From assembly GCA_040954595.2 (NCBI GenBank), contig CM082593.2, forward strand, positions 8,689,200 through 8,753,199: a DNA stretch of 64,000 nt. The letters run 5' to 3'. This document shows, piece by piece, positions 50,201 to 62,800 of this stretch (position 1 is its first letter; each line of letters opens with the position of its first letter). A model generated the notes under the pieces. The model searched no databases. It saw only the letters and a program-made list of their open reading frames with translations, and was not told where the DNA came from. The position numbers and the translations under genes were made by a program. The DNA comes from Balanoglossus misakiensis (lineage: Eukaryota > Animalia > Hemichordata).

Positions 50201-53200
50201 ACTGGCTGAGTTTTTGTGTTTCTACGAGTCATACCTTACAAATGGATCATTTATAATTTTTCAATAATAGACACAATCCAATGTCCATTTGTAAATTGTA
50301 GGACTAGAGTATCATGTGTATCATTTATGAAAATCTTTAATAAGAAATTCATACTACATACATGGGCATATTCTAAATTATTTACATGTTTGACTTGACT
50401 AATGTATTTTGTCTACCAACCACAAAACAATCAACCCTTAATATTTTTTCTTGAATACGCAAACATCTATGATAGTTAGAAGCCACAACAGAAGCAGCCA
50501 TTAGAATTTATATATAAAACAAAAAACACTATCAACCCGCATGTATTATTGTGAGATTTTTAAAATTAAGATAGTAATGTATAAATGTGTGATATCAGCA
50601 GCAGATGAAACAGAAACTCGCATTTTTGATGTGGGATGAAATGTCATCAGTAGATGTTGCTAAGAGTAATTCATTCGGATCTTGATCAGTTACTCCTCAG
50701 TCAGTCAAGGTTTGTTTGCAATTTCATATGACTGAACAATGTTTATCAGTGTAGTATTTTCTTGTGACTGAATTTTTTTGAAATTTACATGACATTCAAG
50801 AAAAGAAGAATGCAGAGCATCAAGGCAGCATATAATATAAAACAGATTTTTATTACTCAAATATATGGTGCATGTACAGATCGAAACAGCTGTTGGTTTA
50901 TGTTTTACTACTTTTATATGAGTGACTGACGTCATAGGTATCGCAATTTTCTGCTAGTTCACCTGTTGAAACTGGTTTTAAAATACTAGTATCAGATAAA
51001 AAATATTTAGACAAGAAAATTTCACAGTTGTCAGAAAGAAGCTTAAATGAAGCTGTTAGCATAACATGAAGTTAATCACATAAAGTTCACAATATTGAAA
51101 ATACATGTACACTACAGTGCAGCTTAGGAATAGCTTTCCAACTGCACCAACACTGGGTCAGCTCTGTTTAAACACTGGGTCAACTCTGGGTTGGCACCCT
51201 ATTGGCGCTCTAATTAGCACCTATTGGGCTTGTGTTTAACTGGGGTGTTCCAAAACAATAGGGTGCGCCAAGGTGCTAACACTGAACAATGCCAAGTGCC
51301 AGGGCCAACAGATTCACACCTTTGTAACACTTGGAACACACAGGCTAACACTGTGTGCCAAAACAATAGGGTGCGCCAAGGTTTAACACCTTTGTAGCAC
51401 ATGCTAACACTGAACAATGCCAAGTGCCAGGGCCAACAGATTCACACCTTTGTAACACTTGGAACACACAGGCTAACACTGTGTTGGCTCATTATAAACA
51501 CCGTGTCAGCAAGTTGTTAGCAAATTGGAAAGCTATTCCTAAGCTGCACTGTACCTCCTGTATGTTCCATAATATAAAAGAATTGTGTAGAAGCACAGAA
51601 ATCATCAAGAATGATGACAAATACATATATTATACAGTGGAGAAAATGTGTAGAAATCAGTTTTTCTGTAGGCTAGAAAAATGTGGGAAGAGCAGAAATG
51701 GTTGTTTAACCATCATATTGAATTCAACCTGTACATGTAGTATTGGTTAATTCTGCCCTATCATTAAACCATAATTTCTTATTTATTTATTTCACCATTT
51801 TACACAAAAAGACGAAAAATAATTTTAAAAAAAATACAGTATAAATGATGAAATCAATCTCCCCAGTTTGAACTATATGTAGATTCAGTAAATTTTATTT
51901 TGGGAATGAGGACATGCTTTGAAAAGAATAACATTGATATTCATTGAGGTACATGTTTTTATAAAGAATTTGGTTGGAAAGGTCAGATTGCCAGTGAAAA
52001 GAGGAACTGGTCCCTTTCTAGTTTTACATGCTGTAACTTGTTAGAAAATGAGAAATTACATTCATGAAAACTCAAATTAAAGTGAATTTCACAAAAGTGA
52101 TGTACCAGTATTTCTACAGGAATGGTGAAACATGTGAAAACTTGTATTTTGGTATTTTTTTTTATAAATTCATGAAATACCAGGACTGACAGAGTTATGG
52201 CTAATTATTTGAGTGAACATTACATTTGAGAAAGACACATGTACAAGTACAACTTCACCAACATCACCAACATTTCAGCAACTGTGACAGTAATAATACT
52301 AATATAATTGTCTATTAATACGTTGCAAATCAAAGAGAATTATGGGTAATGTGTAATACTAGAGATGAAAATTAAGTATGTAAGTCTGTATTGACCTGTG
52401 CATTTTTGAACATGTTGTAGGGTGATGTACTGTATATGACCCCCAAAAATTGAGAGGGGTTCTTTTTTATTTGTTTAAGACGCGGGGTTGGGATGGGGAG
52501 GCATGTTTCTTAACCACACTTTTAGAATTTATTGACCCTCTCAGAAATCAGGCCCCACATAATAAAGATATACAGAATGGAACATGAACCGGTTCTAAAC
52601 CAGATCACCAAAATTAACATCAATGCTACCTTGTAGATAAATGTTCTGTGAAAATGGGCCTTTTGAGATCTACACTGTGGCTTGTTTACCCCTGCCCCAT
52701 TTTTATGACGCAGTCTGGTACATTTATACAAATATACTGACAGCTAATAATGTAACACACCTCATCCTTAAAGGGAGGCGGGTGTTGATGAGAATATGTC
52801 CTCCCATACCAGAGCAAACCCCACTGCAGTCGCCACGACCTACTAGGATCTTCAGTTGCTGTCATGCACAGTCTATGCTACAGTTGGCTGCTTCGTTCAT
52901 TCTAAGAATTATCTCATTTCAGGGATTTGTGCATGAATTGTAATGTTTATAAACAAAGAAATGCGCCGCAACGACCCCTTCACTTTAATCTGTGTAGTGA
53001 TTCCCCAGGGTGCGTTCATGTTGGGAGCATTGATTTAGTGCCGTCGCCTGCAACAAGGACGGACGTGATGAATGCAGAGAAATTTCCCAATTTGGGCTAT
53101 TGCTGGATGAGGTGTCACATGTACATGTAAAACACATAGACTGGTCATGTTCAAGAAACACCATATTTTTGTGACTCCTTGGGCCTGAGTCGCTCCAAAA

Positions 53201-56200
53201 CAGTCTGTTTGGCGCGATTCACAGTTAAATTCCTCTGGGATACAAACTTCTGCTGTTTACCCTCACACCCATTCAGTCAATAATTTATGTCTACATGTAG
53301 TATTATGGGGGTCACACACTCACCATTAAGACGGTTCTGAAGCATCTCAGATCACATACCATCTTAAAAAAAACATGTGTGGATGGTGTATAGTGGTTCT
53401 GAAATGGCTCAGATTTGAGTTGGCTTTGCCGGCCAAACCTGAACCAGTGTAAGGAATATACACCTCTCCGCAACCCATTGTCTATGGGACTGAGCCTCAG
53501 CGCCTATGCATAAACTTTGGACATAAGGTGACTCAAAGGATTAATGCTCTGTGTTTACATGTACCATAGGCAAATACTAGTAGTGTCTCAAATGTTTCTG
53601 TGTGTGAACCTGGTATATGTGCATGATCTTATTACATGTTCAATTTGTATCTCCACCAGGTGAACCAGAATTCAAGTATATTGGAAATATGCATGGCAAT
53701 GAAGTGGTGGGACGTGAACTCTTACTTGTGCTTATTCCATATTTGTGTGAAGAGTGGTTGAACGGCAATGAAGCTGTGATCTATTTGATTGAAAATACCA
53801 GGATTCATATCATGCCAACGATGAATCCAGATGGATATGCTATTGGAAGAGAACAAGTAAGATATACTGGCATCTCAATTTGACGCTTAATATAAACGGA
53901 CGATGTTCGTCTTATGCCCTTGTGCGTGCCAAACCAGAGACTCTGGTTACAAAAATTGTATACAGTCAATGTCATAAGACAGTGTGCTGTCCAAACAACA
54001 GACAAGATGGCAGCGACCTATTGTCTTAGTCGGAGATCGGGAAAAGACAGCAAATTGGGTGAAAAGAAGGGACAAAACTGAAATGTACTTGTATGGTGTG
54101 CATGAAAGATGTAAGGAAGTGAAGGCAGTCCACTATTTGAATGCATCGAACACAAAATTTGAAAAAACATTTGGATTGGGTGTAATGTTTATACCCACAA
54201 AATTACACACTTGTGCATAAGACAATCGTCAGCCTTTAATTTCAAATTACCTCAACATCACAAACGTTCCAAAGGCAATAGTCTCCCGTAACTCTGTTCA
54301 CGTACTATATGTATGTGCTACTGCATATCTAGTTGCTCAGCCTTTTATGATTGAAACATCAGATTTGGTCAACTGAATAATTTGTGCAGCTTTCAGTGAC
54401 ATTAATTTGTTCTTAACACAGTCTCTCCACATTGTGGAGGTACTGTGGTCTTAGGTACAGATGATTGTGTGACATGGTACCAATATTTTTAATTCATACA
54501 TAATACTTTTGTGCATGTGGATGTGTTCATTACATTTTGCTGGATTTTAAATCAGTCGGCTTTTAATGTCAAACAGCAAAAAGCAAAATTCAAACCAAAA
54601 TTAAAGTCTGCATTATACAAATACTACTGTAAAACGGGAAAATCTTCATAAACGATAAATTTTTTGCAACCTACGTGAGAGCCCCCCAAAACGTGAAAAT
54701 TAGAAGTCTTGTAGAAATGTTTTTCAGAGATACTGATGCAGTGAAATACCAGAACATGAAAATTAATTGTCCCGTAACAGGTGCCACTTTTGATATTGGC
54801 TCGCACAAATTTCCTGTTGCTCAAATTTCCCGTTTTACAGTAACTGTATCATGTTGTGATCCATTGCCTTCACATGAAATAATAATAAATTGTTTACTAG
54901 GTGATCATTCATTTTTGATCTACTTGTTTAGGAATTTCATTATAAATATACGGATATAACGTGACTGTTTAGAAGTGATGTGTTGTTTATTAAGAAATTT
55001 GAAACTAAGATCAAATGTTGTTTCATTTCAGTTTGACAAAGATGGCAGCAATGAATGGATTACAGGCCGTGCAAATGCCAATGGTGTGGATTTAAATCGG
55101 AACTTCCCAGATTTAGACCGCATGGTGTTTAATTTCTCTCGTCATCATGGACCAAACAATCATATTCACATGGCACTGAGTCAGATTGGACATCAGGTAA
55201 TTATCATTGAATTGTTTTGAATCTGTCTCGCTATGTTTATTTAAAGGGAAAGTTCGGTCCAGCTGATTTCTACTTAATTTGGTAGCTTTGAGGTCACTCT
55301 TTCAGGAAAAAAACATATTCGTCATGTATAAGTCGCCAGATTTTTTTTACAAAATCGAGGGAAAGTTGGCAGAATTTCCAATATGGCGTTTACTGTAATT
55401 TGAATCATGGGAAAATAAGCGCCAGGACCAACTTCCGCCCAACTTGGTGTGGGTGATACCATTTTCCGATTGGTGTCACTGCGTGACAGGCTAAACTTAT
55501 TTGCATTTTTTTCATGGGAAACAAAATTGTCAACAGATGACACATTTTTCACTTTGCTCCTGATTGTTTATCAACTGACGTACCATAATGGATATTCTGC
55601 CATTATTCTCCTATTTTTGTAATACTGTTTTTATTTCAATTTCACAATAGTTTATTCCGTCTCTTTTGTCATTCATTGAACAAAATAAATGCTGATGTTT
55701 ATGAAATATTCTGGTATGCAGGTAAAAGAAACACTTCTTTTGAATTTTTCTGTCGTGGCCAAATTACCCTTCACTGATAATTACTTTCCTGGGTTATGGA
55801 TTGTAGCACTGAGAATTGTTGTACAACAGAATTCCATAGGTTACAGGAATAATTCTCGTTCCATCATCTACATCTGTTGCATGAAAAGACAATAATCTAG
55901 ACAGATCTGCATTGGCACTTACCGTATCTGTCAAAGCATAAGCAATTCAGTAGCATGGAACAGATATTTTACCGAATTGTTACATATCTGTTATTTGTAA
56001 TAAATTCAAGAAATTCTGAGAAACTTACACCTTACTAATACTATGTCACACCTTCTCAAAATAGCTGAACTTGCTAATTATTATATATCTAATGTATAGA
56101 CTAACAAAAAGTATAGGTTAGGACTATCAGGGTTACTCAGAACAAGGTTTGTACTGTACCATTACTTTGAAATTTACGGTTGACAGAATTGTCAATCGAG

Positions 56201-58721
56201 TAAAGAAATTGACGTAGTTTGAATTTAATGTTTCACTTTTGTCCAAGGCTTTTTAACTCCTGTCACGTGGGGACGCTCCAAATTTTGCAAAAATGCCACA
56301 TAGGGAACTACAACCCTATGTGTGAAATCCAACAAACGTATATCATTTTGTACTCGTTTGATAACATTGTCAGTAGAATGTATAGTTTAGTGTGCATATA
56401 CGTTTTTGTCCACTTTTTATCTGAATTTTTCTGTTCTGTCTACAGCTTGAACCAGAAACTGTTGTAGTGATGAAGTGGTTTATGCAGTATTCGTTTGTTC
56501 TGTCATCCAACTTGCACGGTGGTGACTTGGTTGCCAACTATCCCTATGATTCCAGCGTGGATGGCAATCGTCACTACCAGAAGTGTCCTGACGATGAAAC
56601 ATTCCGAGAATTATCCCTGGCATATTCCACAGTACACGGCGAAATGTCTGATCCGGATCGTCCTCCGTGCGACAACACAGACCAGGACAAATTTGAAGAC
56701 GGAATCACAAATGGAGCTGATTGGTATCCAGTTCCTGGAGGTAAGGTTTATGACACACTAGACTGTAAATAAGGTACAGTGGTACGTATGAAGGCACCCC
56801 AAAAGATACGACTGTACGCGGAGTGTACATCAGGCTGTCTCCACAGATTTTTGTTCTAACCAATCACATTGCACCAACTAAAGGGACGAAGTCTCTCTCT
56901 CACTGCCCTTTTTCTATTAATTATGTGTGATACAAGACACTGTTTGTATTATTCTACATGTGGATATATATTGAATCAATGTTCGACCACACACAACTTC
57001 CATCCCACTTATAGACACGAGAGTGAAAAACTCGCCAAAATGATTAATCGGTCTCTACCGTTTATTCAAGCAGGATGGAAGTTGTGTGTGGTCGAATGTT
57101 GATTCACTATACATGTATATCCACATGTACAATAACATAAACAGTGTCTTGTATCAAACATAATTCATGGAAAAAAGGGCAGCGAGAGAGAAACGTTGTC
57201 CCTTTAATTGTATGGCAAGAGATATACCAGTCATGTCACTTTACTCAAACAGCGAACCGTGACTGAAATAAACTCATTTGTGTGTTTGTTTTCAGGAATG
57301 CAAGATTATAACTACCTGGCCACAAACTGTTTTGAAATCACATTGGAGTTAGGATGTTCCAAGTTCCCCCAGGCTGATGAATTGGAGGGTTTCTGGGAGG
57401 ATAATAAATTATCATTACTCAACTTTATGCAGATGGTAAGCTGATACCCATTGCAGTATCAGGAATATAGTCATCCTTTCAATGGTGATAAAATCAGGCT
57501 AATATATTCTATTGGTCAATCTACAGAAGAACCTTATTGCTGTGAATTAATTGACATGTCATTACTTTGTGCACCAATTGGACTACATGTTTATCCATGA
57601 CCCCATGTGACCTTTACATCCTGGCATTTTGCTGGACAAGTATAAGTGTAGTATTTTTACCTCATGTCATCACATTACGTGTAGTACTGTTATTGCACAT
57701 TCTGTGTGTTTGTGTGTGTGTCTGTGTGTCTGTCTGTCTGTCTGTCTGTCTCAGCATTCATATCTAATATTGCCAAATATTTTCAAACTCTAGACTGACC
57801 TGATGTATTAATGAAGAGGTCAAGATATTTCTTTCTTTTCAACACGTGTGATATGCCACTTTGTTTTTTGAAAGGTACACATTGGTATCAAGGGAATTGT
57901 GACAGATGAGAATGGTGTAGGTATTTATGATGCTGTCATCAAAGTTGCCAAGATAAACCAAAATAATGAAGAAATGTACATCGATCATGATGTGACTACT
58001 GGTAAGACATATTTTATTTTGTACTAGATGCTGTACAGACAGTAAAACATTGATTATCTGAACTGTAATTATCCAAATTGTTCAGCCCCCCCCCCCCCCC
58101 CCCCCCCCCCCCCACAATGGCCCACATGGTGCCCGGGAAAACTGCTTTTGTTTGATGGCAGTGTGGCCAATTCTGGCGACCATGCTTATCACGCACTTCA
58201 ACAAAGTTTTTTTCTTTCAACAGCTTGTATAGTAACATATTCCATTGAGGTGTGAATGATATGATACTAACTCAGAAACAATCACAACATGAAAATCAAT
58301 CAAAACTGACAGCCTGACATAAGCCTGTACCCTCTAAGTGTCGGATAATTAACATTTTTCTGTATAAGTCTGGGATGTCACTGTTTGTCTATGCTGTCTA
58401 ATTGCCTGTTTAACTTAAAGCCTCTAGAGCTGCCAAATTTCACAAAATTTGAGTGATATCCCGGTATGTCAACCAGAAATATCCTAAGTTGTTTGTAGAA
58501 CATATTATAACTTTTATGTCTGACTTGCAGCTGAAGACGGTGATTATTGGAGACTGTTGGCACCAGGCGTTTATGTAGTACGTGTTGAAGCCAGTGGATA
58601 TATCCCAGAGCAAGATATATGTGAAGTGATGAAAGATTCCATAGCCACTATATGTAACTTTGTCTTAACTTCAGAAGAAATCAAGAATTGGATTGAAGAA
58701 TTGCTTTTAGAAAATTACTAA
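37974..58721 (+). CDS. CPE: Carboxypeptidase E-like (M14B metallocarboxypeptidase); 7 exons: 37974-38208, 53660-53856, 55032-55196, 56446-56740, 57296-57435, 57875-58001, 58531-58721 (1350 nt, 449 aa)
   Basis: Signal peptide [15 protein letters not shown]; [15 protein letters not shown] (HxxE zinc ligands); DLNRNFPD; NLHGG; GGMQDYNY; catalytic ITLELGC; transthyretin-like VHIGIKG...GDYWRLL; short C-terminal [15 protein letters not shown]. The single catalytic domain argues for CPE rather than CPD. All introns are GT-AG with consistent phases. Confidence 0.9.
39244..42015 (+). CDS. SAP + SWIM zinc finger + YqaJ/lambda-exonuclease (PD-(D/E)xK) protein; exons 39244-39857, 40190-40377, 41012-42015 (601 aa)
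   Basis: SAP: [29 protein letters not shown]: CTCVAG|[10 protein letters not shown] across intron 1. YqaJ: QSENEIW...[40 protein letters not shown]. Splice phases are consistent (total 1806 nt). Confidence 0.9.
40417..40600. mobile_element. Kolobok-type MITE in intron 2 of the YqaJ gene
   Basis: TTAA|aggtatacggtcacct...aggtgattgtatacct|TTAA: purine-purine termini with TTAA TSD. Confidence 0.8.
42356..44050 (-). CDS. THAP-domain + HTH + DDE (DDE_Tnp_4 / Harbinger-like) transposase, 564 aa, intronless
   Basis: THAP: CAVHGC...LFPFP...EWI...RVCSQHF...PTL. HTH: [21 protein letters not shown]: [27 protein letters not shown]. Confidence 0.93.
   Translation of the reverse strand: MPTCSCAVHGCTNNTHKIRQWRRQYCQIHHCQFDTGRCFCDPPFTLFPFPNKESNTEVLKEWIRLINLKDATTGKIWEPNTYSRVCSQHFVDSKPTQENPNPTLHLGYPVKLKQTRRKIERSTCCSAVPKKRKTVERPVEREHNPNSSNPSSSSVLSTEESPKKDENASEILVDCEHKNAADTSSSSGNSSHLDDHSYFRSCDCSQDCNCLGCHEKNETIKDLLNKIQDLEELIRMKKSVEQKISENGKHMFEKLLKDDSKCKFYTGLPSIALFNLIFDYIDPKTRKMRYWYGVKNIISTKVPRKFNKSPKKFGPQRKLGGKDEMLLVLMKLRLGLLNKDLADRFNISPAHASRIFNTWVKVLSKELKQMIRYQPKEYVLPNLPKCFQKHFPRLVSILDCTEIFIERPRDLKLQAQTWSDYKKHNTAKLLVSCSPRGSISFISGAWGGRTSDNYIVRNSGFLDFVEQGDQHLADKGFTLKQDFLIRGAKLIIPPGVRGKEQQTESEVKMTKKIANLRIHVERAINRFKHFRILQNTYPISLIPVIDDVITVCAALCNFLPPLVR
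47742..48560. mobile_element. Partial foldback MITE (same family as 56882-57203) interrupted by a second MITE
   Basis: TTAA|agggacaaagtctctctctcgctgccctttttt... continues after the insert as ttatgtttgatacaagacactg...catcccacttg...gagagtaaaaactcgc, matching the left arm at 56882. Confidence 0.75.
47782..48380. mobile_element. Kolobok-type MITE (599 bp)
   Basis: TTAA|agccccagtatttctcgt...acgagaaatactgaggct|TTAA. Confidence 0.85.
48622..48978. mobile_element. Kolobok-type MITE (357 bp)
   Basis: TTAA|agcctgtagagctgcca...tggcagctctagaggct|CTAA; a terminal fragment of the same family lies at ~58414-58450. Confidence 0.7.
51115..51551. mobile_element. Tc1/mariner-type MITE with internal direct repeat
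   Basis: TA|cagtgcagcttaggaatagctttccaa...ttggaaagctattcctaagctgcactg|TA; tgctaacactgaacaatgccaagtgccagggccaacag... is duplicated internally. Confidence 0.85.
52772..52984. mobile_element. Degenerate TTAA-flanked MITE (related right end at ~62865-62923)
   Basis: TTAA on both sides; cattctaagaattatct.atttcagg...gcaacgaccccttcactttaa is shared with the 62.9-kb copy. Confidence 0.5.
53660..53856 (+). CDS. CPE: CPE exon 2
   Basis: ccaccag|GT GAA CCA...[12 protein letters not shown]...MNPDGY...EQ|gtaaga. Confidence 0.93.
54627..54840. mobile_element. Tc1/mariner/pogo-type MITE
   Basis: TA|ctgtaaaacgggaaa...tttcccgttttacag|TA. Confidence 0.8.
55032..55196 (+). CDS. CPE: CPE exon 3
   Basis: tttcag|[27 protein letters not shown]...HQ|gtaatt. 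Confidence 0.92.
56446..56740 (+). CDS. CPE: CPE exon 4
   Basis: tctacag|LEPET...[19 protein letters not shown]...[13 protein letters not shown]|gtaagg. Confidence 0.93.
56882..57203. mobile_element. Foldback MITE with ~120-bp imperfect inverted arms (Kolobok-like ends)
   Basis: CTAA|agggacg...tgatacaagacactgttt...cgaccacacacaacttccatcc / ggatggaagttgtgtgtggtcg...aaacagtgtcttgtatca...gtccct|TTAA. Confidence 0.8.
57296..57435 (+). CDS. CPE: CPE exon 5
   Basis: ttttcag|[25 protein letters not shown]...MQM|gtaagc. Confidence 0.93.
57875..58001 (+). CDS. CPE: CPE exon 6 (absent from ORF track)
   Basis: ttgaaag|[24 protein letters not shown]...IDHDVTT|gtaaga. Confidence 0.9.
58531..58721 (+). 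CDS. CPE: CPE exon 7, terminal (absent from ORF track)
   Basis: cttgcag|[24 protein letters not shown]...CNFVL...ENY*. Confidence 0.9.
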
Positions 58722-58981
58722 GACTTTTATTTTCTGCCACTGCTAGAAGTATGTCTTGTTTGGCTAGCATCTTTTAGGTGTGTTTTCCTTTTCCCTTTTC
58801 ACAAGAAAAGTTTTGTTGTAGCTGAGATCTTACTCTTCACCAATGAACCTGATTTTGATTGGCTTAACAAGCCCCTGTGCATTCATCAGATTTGGCATTG
58901 CTGCTCATAAGCTGCTGATGTAGGGCTCCATCCCACAGACCACAACTCATCAAAGACTGCAACTTGGCAAAAAGACCTTAA

Positions 58982-59068
58982 CCCTTTCACCACAATGGCT
59001 TGGTCCAAATCCATTTTGTTTTCTATGGTTAACCTGGACCTCTATAGAAGGAACTGGGGGTGAAAGGG
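58982..59068. mobile_element. Tiny piggyBac-type MITE in probable CPE 3' UTR
   Basis: TTAA|ccctttcacc...ggtgaaaggg|TTAA. Confidence 0.7.
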
Positions 59069-59506
59069 TTAAAGGTGGGTGGGACTTTGCAAAGTACCAC
59101 TGTATTTAAATTTACTGCATTTTATCATGGAAAAAGAAATCAAATCCTGACATAGGACCTGTTATTATGACCTGTTGAGAGAGCCACTTTCTTACATTTA
59201 CAAACATTTTTGAATCAAATGACCTATTTTAATTTTGTTAAATAGACTGTGAATGCTAACAAAACTTTTCTGGTAAGGTAGATACATGTAAGGGTAAATA
59301 ATCAATATATCAAGGTCGAAAAGGTACTTTAGGTCAGATATGTGTGCTGTGTGCATGTGTGTGTTACTGTAATAGAAGGAGGGAACAAAATGATCTTGTT
59401 CTTTGAGCGTAACACTAGGGTTTGTGCCCATAGGTTTAGGGTCTTGTGCTTCAGATGATTGCAATGAAGTTTCCTATGCTATACAACAGTTCATCTGTCT
59501 TGTTTA

Positions 59507-59811
59507 CAATTCTTTACTATCAATCACGTGATCTGGTCATGTGACCCACGGCGTTGTCATTTTCAGATGACGGGCAAGCAATATTTCGGCATCCAGTAAA
59601 AGTTTTTCCGAGTATGTTTTTACTTTAGAACCGCCAAACACATAACATGCATCAGTTATGGTGCCTCATCAGCCTCATTGCATTTCGTCTACACAGTCTT
59701 TTGTCTGCACCACGTAAGTCCACGTTGCTGAAGTTGCCCGTCATCTGGAAATTTGAATGCCAACGTAACTGCCGCCTGAGCGCATCTGACGTCATTTGAT
59801 ATCGAAGAATT
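59507..59811. mobile_element. Degenerate foldback/MITE-like element
   Basis: Outer inverted repeat caattctt.actatcaa / ttgatatcgaagaattg and inner inverted repeat cagatgacgggcaa / ttgcccgtcatctg. Confidence 0.45.
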
Positions 59812-62800
59812 GCTGTTAATTTACAAATGATGTTCTCAAAGGCACACTTCTAGCAGTGGCTGCATTAGATGTTCTGAAATAAGATATTTATTGTTCAAGA
59901 AAAATGGTTTGTCAACAAGTATTATGCTCTGTGAAGAGGATGCGGGAGTGAGTTAAGACAGAGTGTCAGCAAAAAGCTGATCATGTCTGGAAAGTCATTC
60001 AGAGTGCTGGAAAAATGATGTACTAACATTAGTGAATATTAATTAACATTTTTGATTGACATGCCAGTTTTCTTGATATGTACTGCTAATCCCTATAGCA
60101 AAGAGATTATCTATTTTTGAGAGAAATTAGTCGCCAGCAGCAAACCAGCTTGGAACATTTTAGTGAGTATGTTGCCAGGCAACTGCCTGTATGTAAGCGC
60201 TGTGATGTCACAATATGAAATCTTTCCTGGTTTAAAATCATCTATTGCTTTGTAGAAGGTTTATATAAATAGAGGGCGTACTCAGTCATATATTTTTAAA
60301 AGCCAAATACATGTATCTGTTGAAAATCATGTATGTGAACTTGACCAAGTAAAAGAGATATGTATAGCTGCTATAACTGCCAAATCTCATGTTCAAACAA
60401 GGCATGCTTTAAGCAATGCAGATAGCATCCATTCTGGCCTTGTTGTACAATGTTTAATTCTGAAATTTAAATTATTGTGACATCATAGCTGCAGTGTAGA
60501 CAAGTTTGTTTTTGTGTATGTTTCAATGTATCTCAGATTATTCATTGTTTTAGATTATTTTTTGAAAAAGTGTTTTGATCATGCCTCTGCAATCTCACAA
60601 CTGTTGTCAAATTTAATATCTACCTAGCTGTAGTTATATTCAGTGAGTCTGACGTGCGAATTTTGTAACTGGATAGAGTTTGAGTTTGAGGTTCCATTTC
60701 ATTTGCCCACATATTCTCCTAGGGATTCACTCTGGCACAACTGATAGCCACTGAAACATATCCACAGGAATATCAGCTTAATCATGGCATATTTTAAATG
60801 TGGAAATTCAGGCAATTGGATTCATTGTAGGGCATATTGGAGCTATCCTCAGTTATCCATCTTGAGATATTTACGTTGCGTTCAAGGCTCTCATATGGCC
60901 TTCTGTTATTGAACACTCTTGTGCCATGTCCTTCTGATTAACCCTTCTGACTAGCCAAGTTATGTCATGCTCAGCCAAATTGGCTAGATGAGTAACTGTC
61001 TGAACTTATTTGCACAATCCTCTGCTGGCTGTCCAGAGCAGTACCACAAGCACGTTTATACATTTGATGACAGTATAGATTACAAGAATATGCTGTACAA
61101 ATTTGACAACAGTTGGCAAGAGACTAAAAATTTCCATTAAACATATCAGGTGTTGTTTTGTCATTTTGTGTTTCTCTGGAAAACTCATCATTTACATGTT
61201 CTGTATTTCAATGTAGAATGTAGAGAATATCTAATCAAGTCTTGAGCCACAGTTGCAAATTTGCAATCCAGTTGCACTCAGCATTGTTTGACCATAGGTG
61301 GCGCTGTACAGCCATGACATGTGACTGACTCAGTCAGAGCTCATGCCTGCGTTTGGTCTTCGTTTGCTATCGATACCACCGCGACTGTGGAACAAGACCT
61401 GATAATGGGATTTAAAACACTTGTATGTGTATAGTTCATATTTCATGTTTATAAATATATATATATTATATTAATGTTTATATTCTAATCTTATGATATA
61501 TGGTAGACAACAACCGATTTCTTGCAAATACCTTTCTCTTTCACCATGTGTACTATATTCTGAGCTTTTCATCCAGGAGGCCACATTGTACCAAGATAGA
61601 TTTACCTGTAGAATTATTTACCAAGGATTTAAAATAATATTTATGCCAAAGGCTGTCATTTGATAATGCACAATGAAACCCTTTCAAGTGACAGGTGGGA
61701 GTGGCTTATTCAATATTGCACCGATCCCGTAATCTTGTTGACTAGATGAGATGCTCTGAATTTGTGCAGTTTTTGTTGGCAAGAATGGAAATTGTGATTT
61801 CTGAAACCGGTCAGTTTTTGTGATTTAGATAACTCAATTAGATCACGGAAATGTCCCCATATTATGTTCTAAAGTATTTTCATGTGATGTACCAAAGAAT
61901 TGTGGACTAGACATGAATAGAATTGCGCAATGTGAATTTTGACAGCCACTGCATGCATGACTATGTATTGCAGAATATCTCCGAAAGCGTACCATCCATA
62001 TTTCTTTGTCTATGCAAAGATTAATAGACAGTCTCTATAGTAGAAAAGTTGACTGTCTGTAACTTACATAATTGAAGATACCCCCTATGATATAATGGAA
62101 GAGCTTGCATAAAATTACCTTTCTGTGGATTTCTGTTTGTTTTATATTCAAAATAATTCAATTAGCCCAACTATTAACTGAAACTGTTCCTCCTCCTACT
62201 TCCATCATACTCTAATGACAATAAAATTTATTAAAAGAAATTTTAAATGTAATCCCAAGAAAACTACATACAGATCTCCAATAAATCGATTTGCATTTCA
62301 GCAAAATGTCGTACAGCTTTTCAATGAACAACCAATTCAAAGGTCCACTGAATTGCATGAATGTATGCACGAATTTGTAAATATGGATGGTACACTTTTC
62401 TATATTAAAAACTTTCATTTTTTAGGATATGGGCGTTCTGTTACCACTTGCAAATGTGTGTTGTGCAAAAAATACAGTCACTGCTACCTACTGCAGAATA
62501 TGTTGGCAGCATGGTTTGAGAGAGAAGGATTTTTGTCTGGAAAGGTAGCTCTCTGTATACTCAGGTCATTAGTGTATAAATGTAGATAGTGAAATAACAT
62601 GAGTCTGTCTGTCTCTTTCGCTGTCATTCCCCTATGATTTTCATATTCAGCGATGTAATAAAATGTCTGACTGCATAAATAACAATGTTATGAGTAAAAT
62701 GGAGCTGATGTTTAACTATACCTGTACTAATATTTCATGATGTGAAGCACAGTGAAATGACTGGATTAACTAGCCCGGAGACCAGGGCGTCGATCTAGAA

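Noticed and set aside
62215-62589. 124-aa ORF
   Set aside because: AT-rich, with no domain or splice context linking it to a gene.
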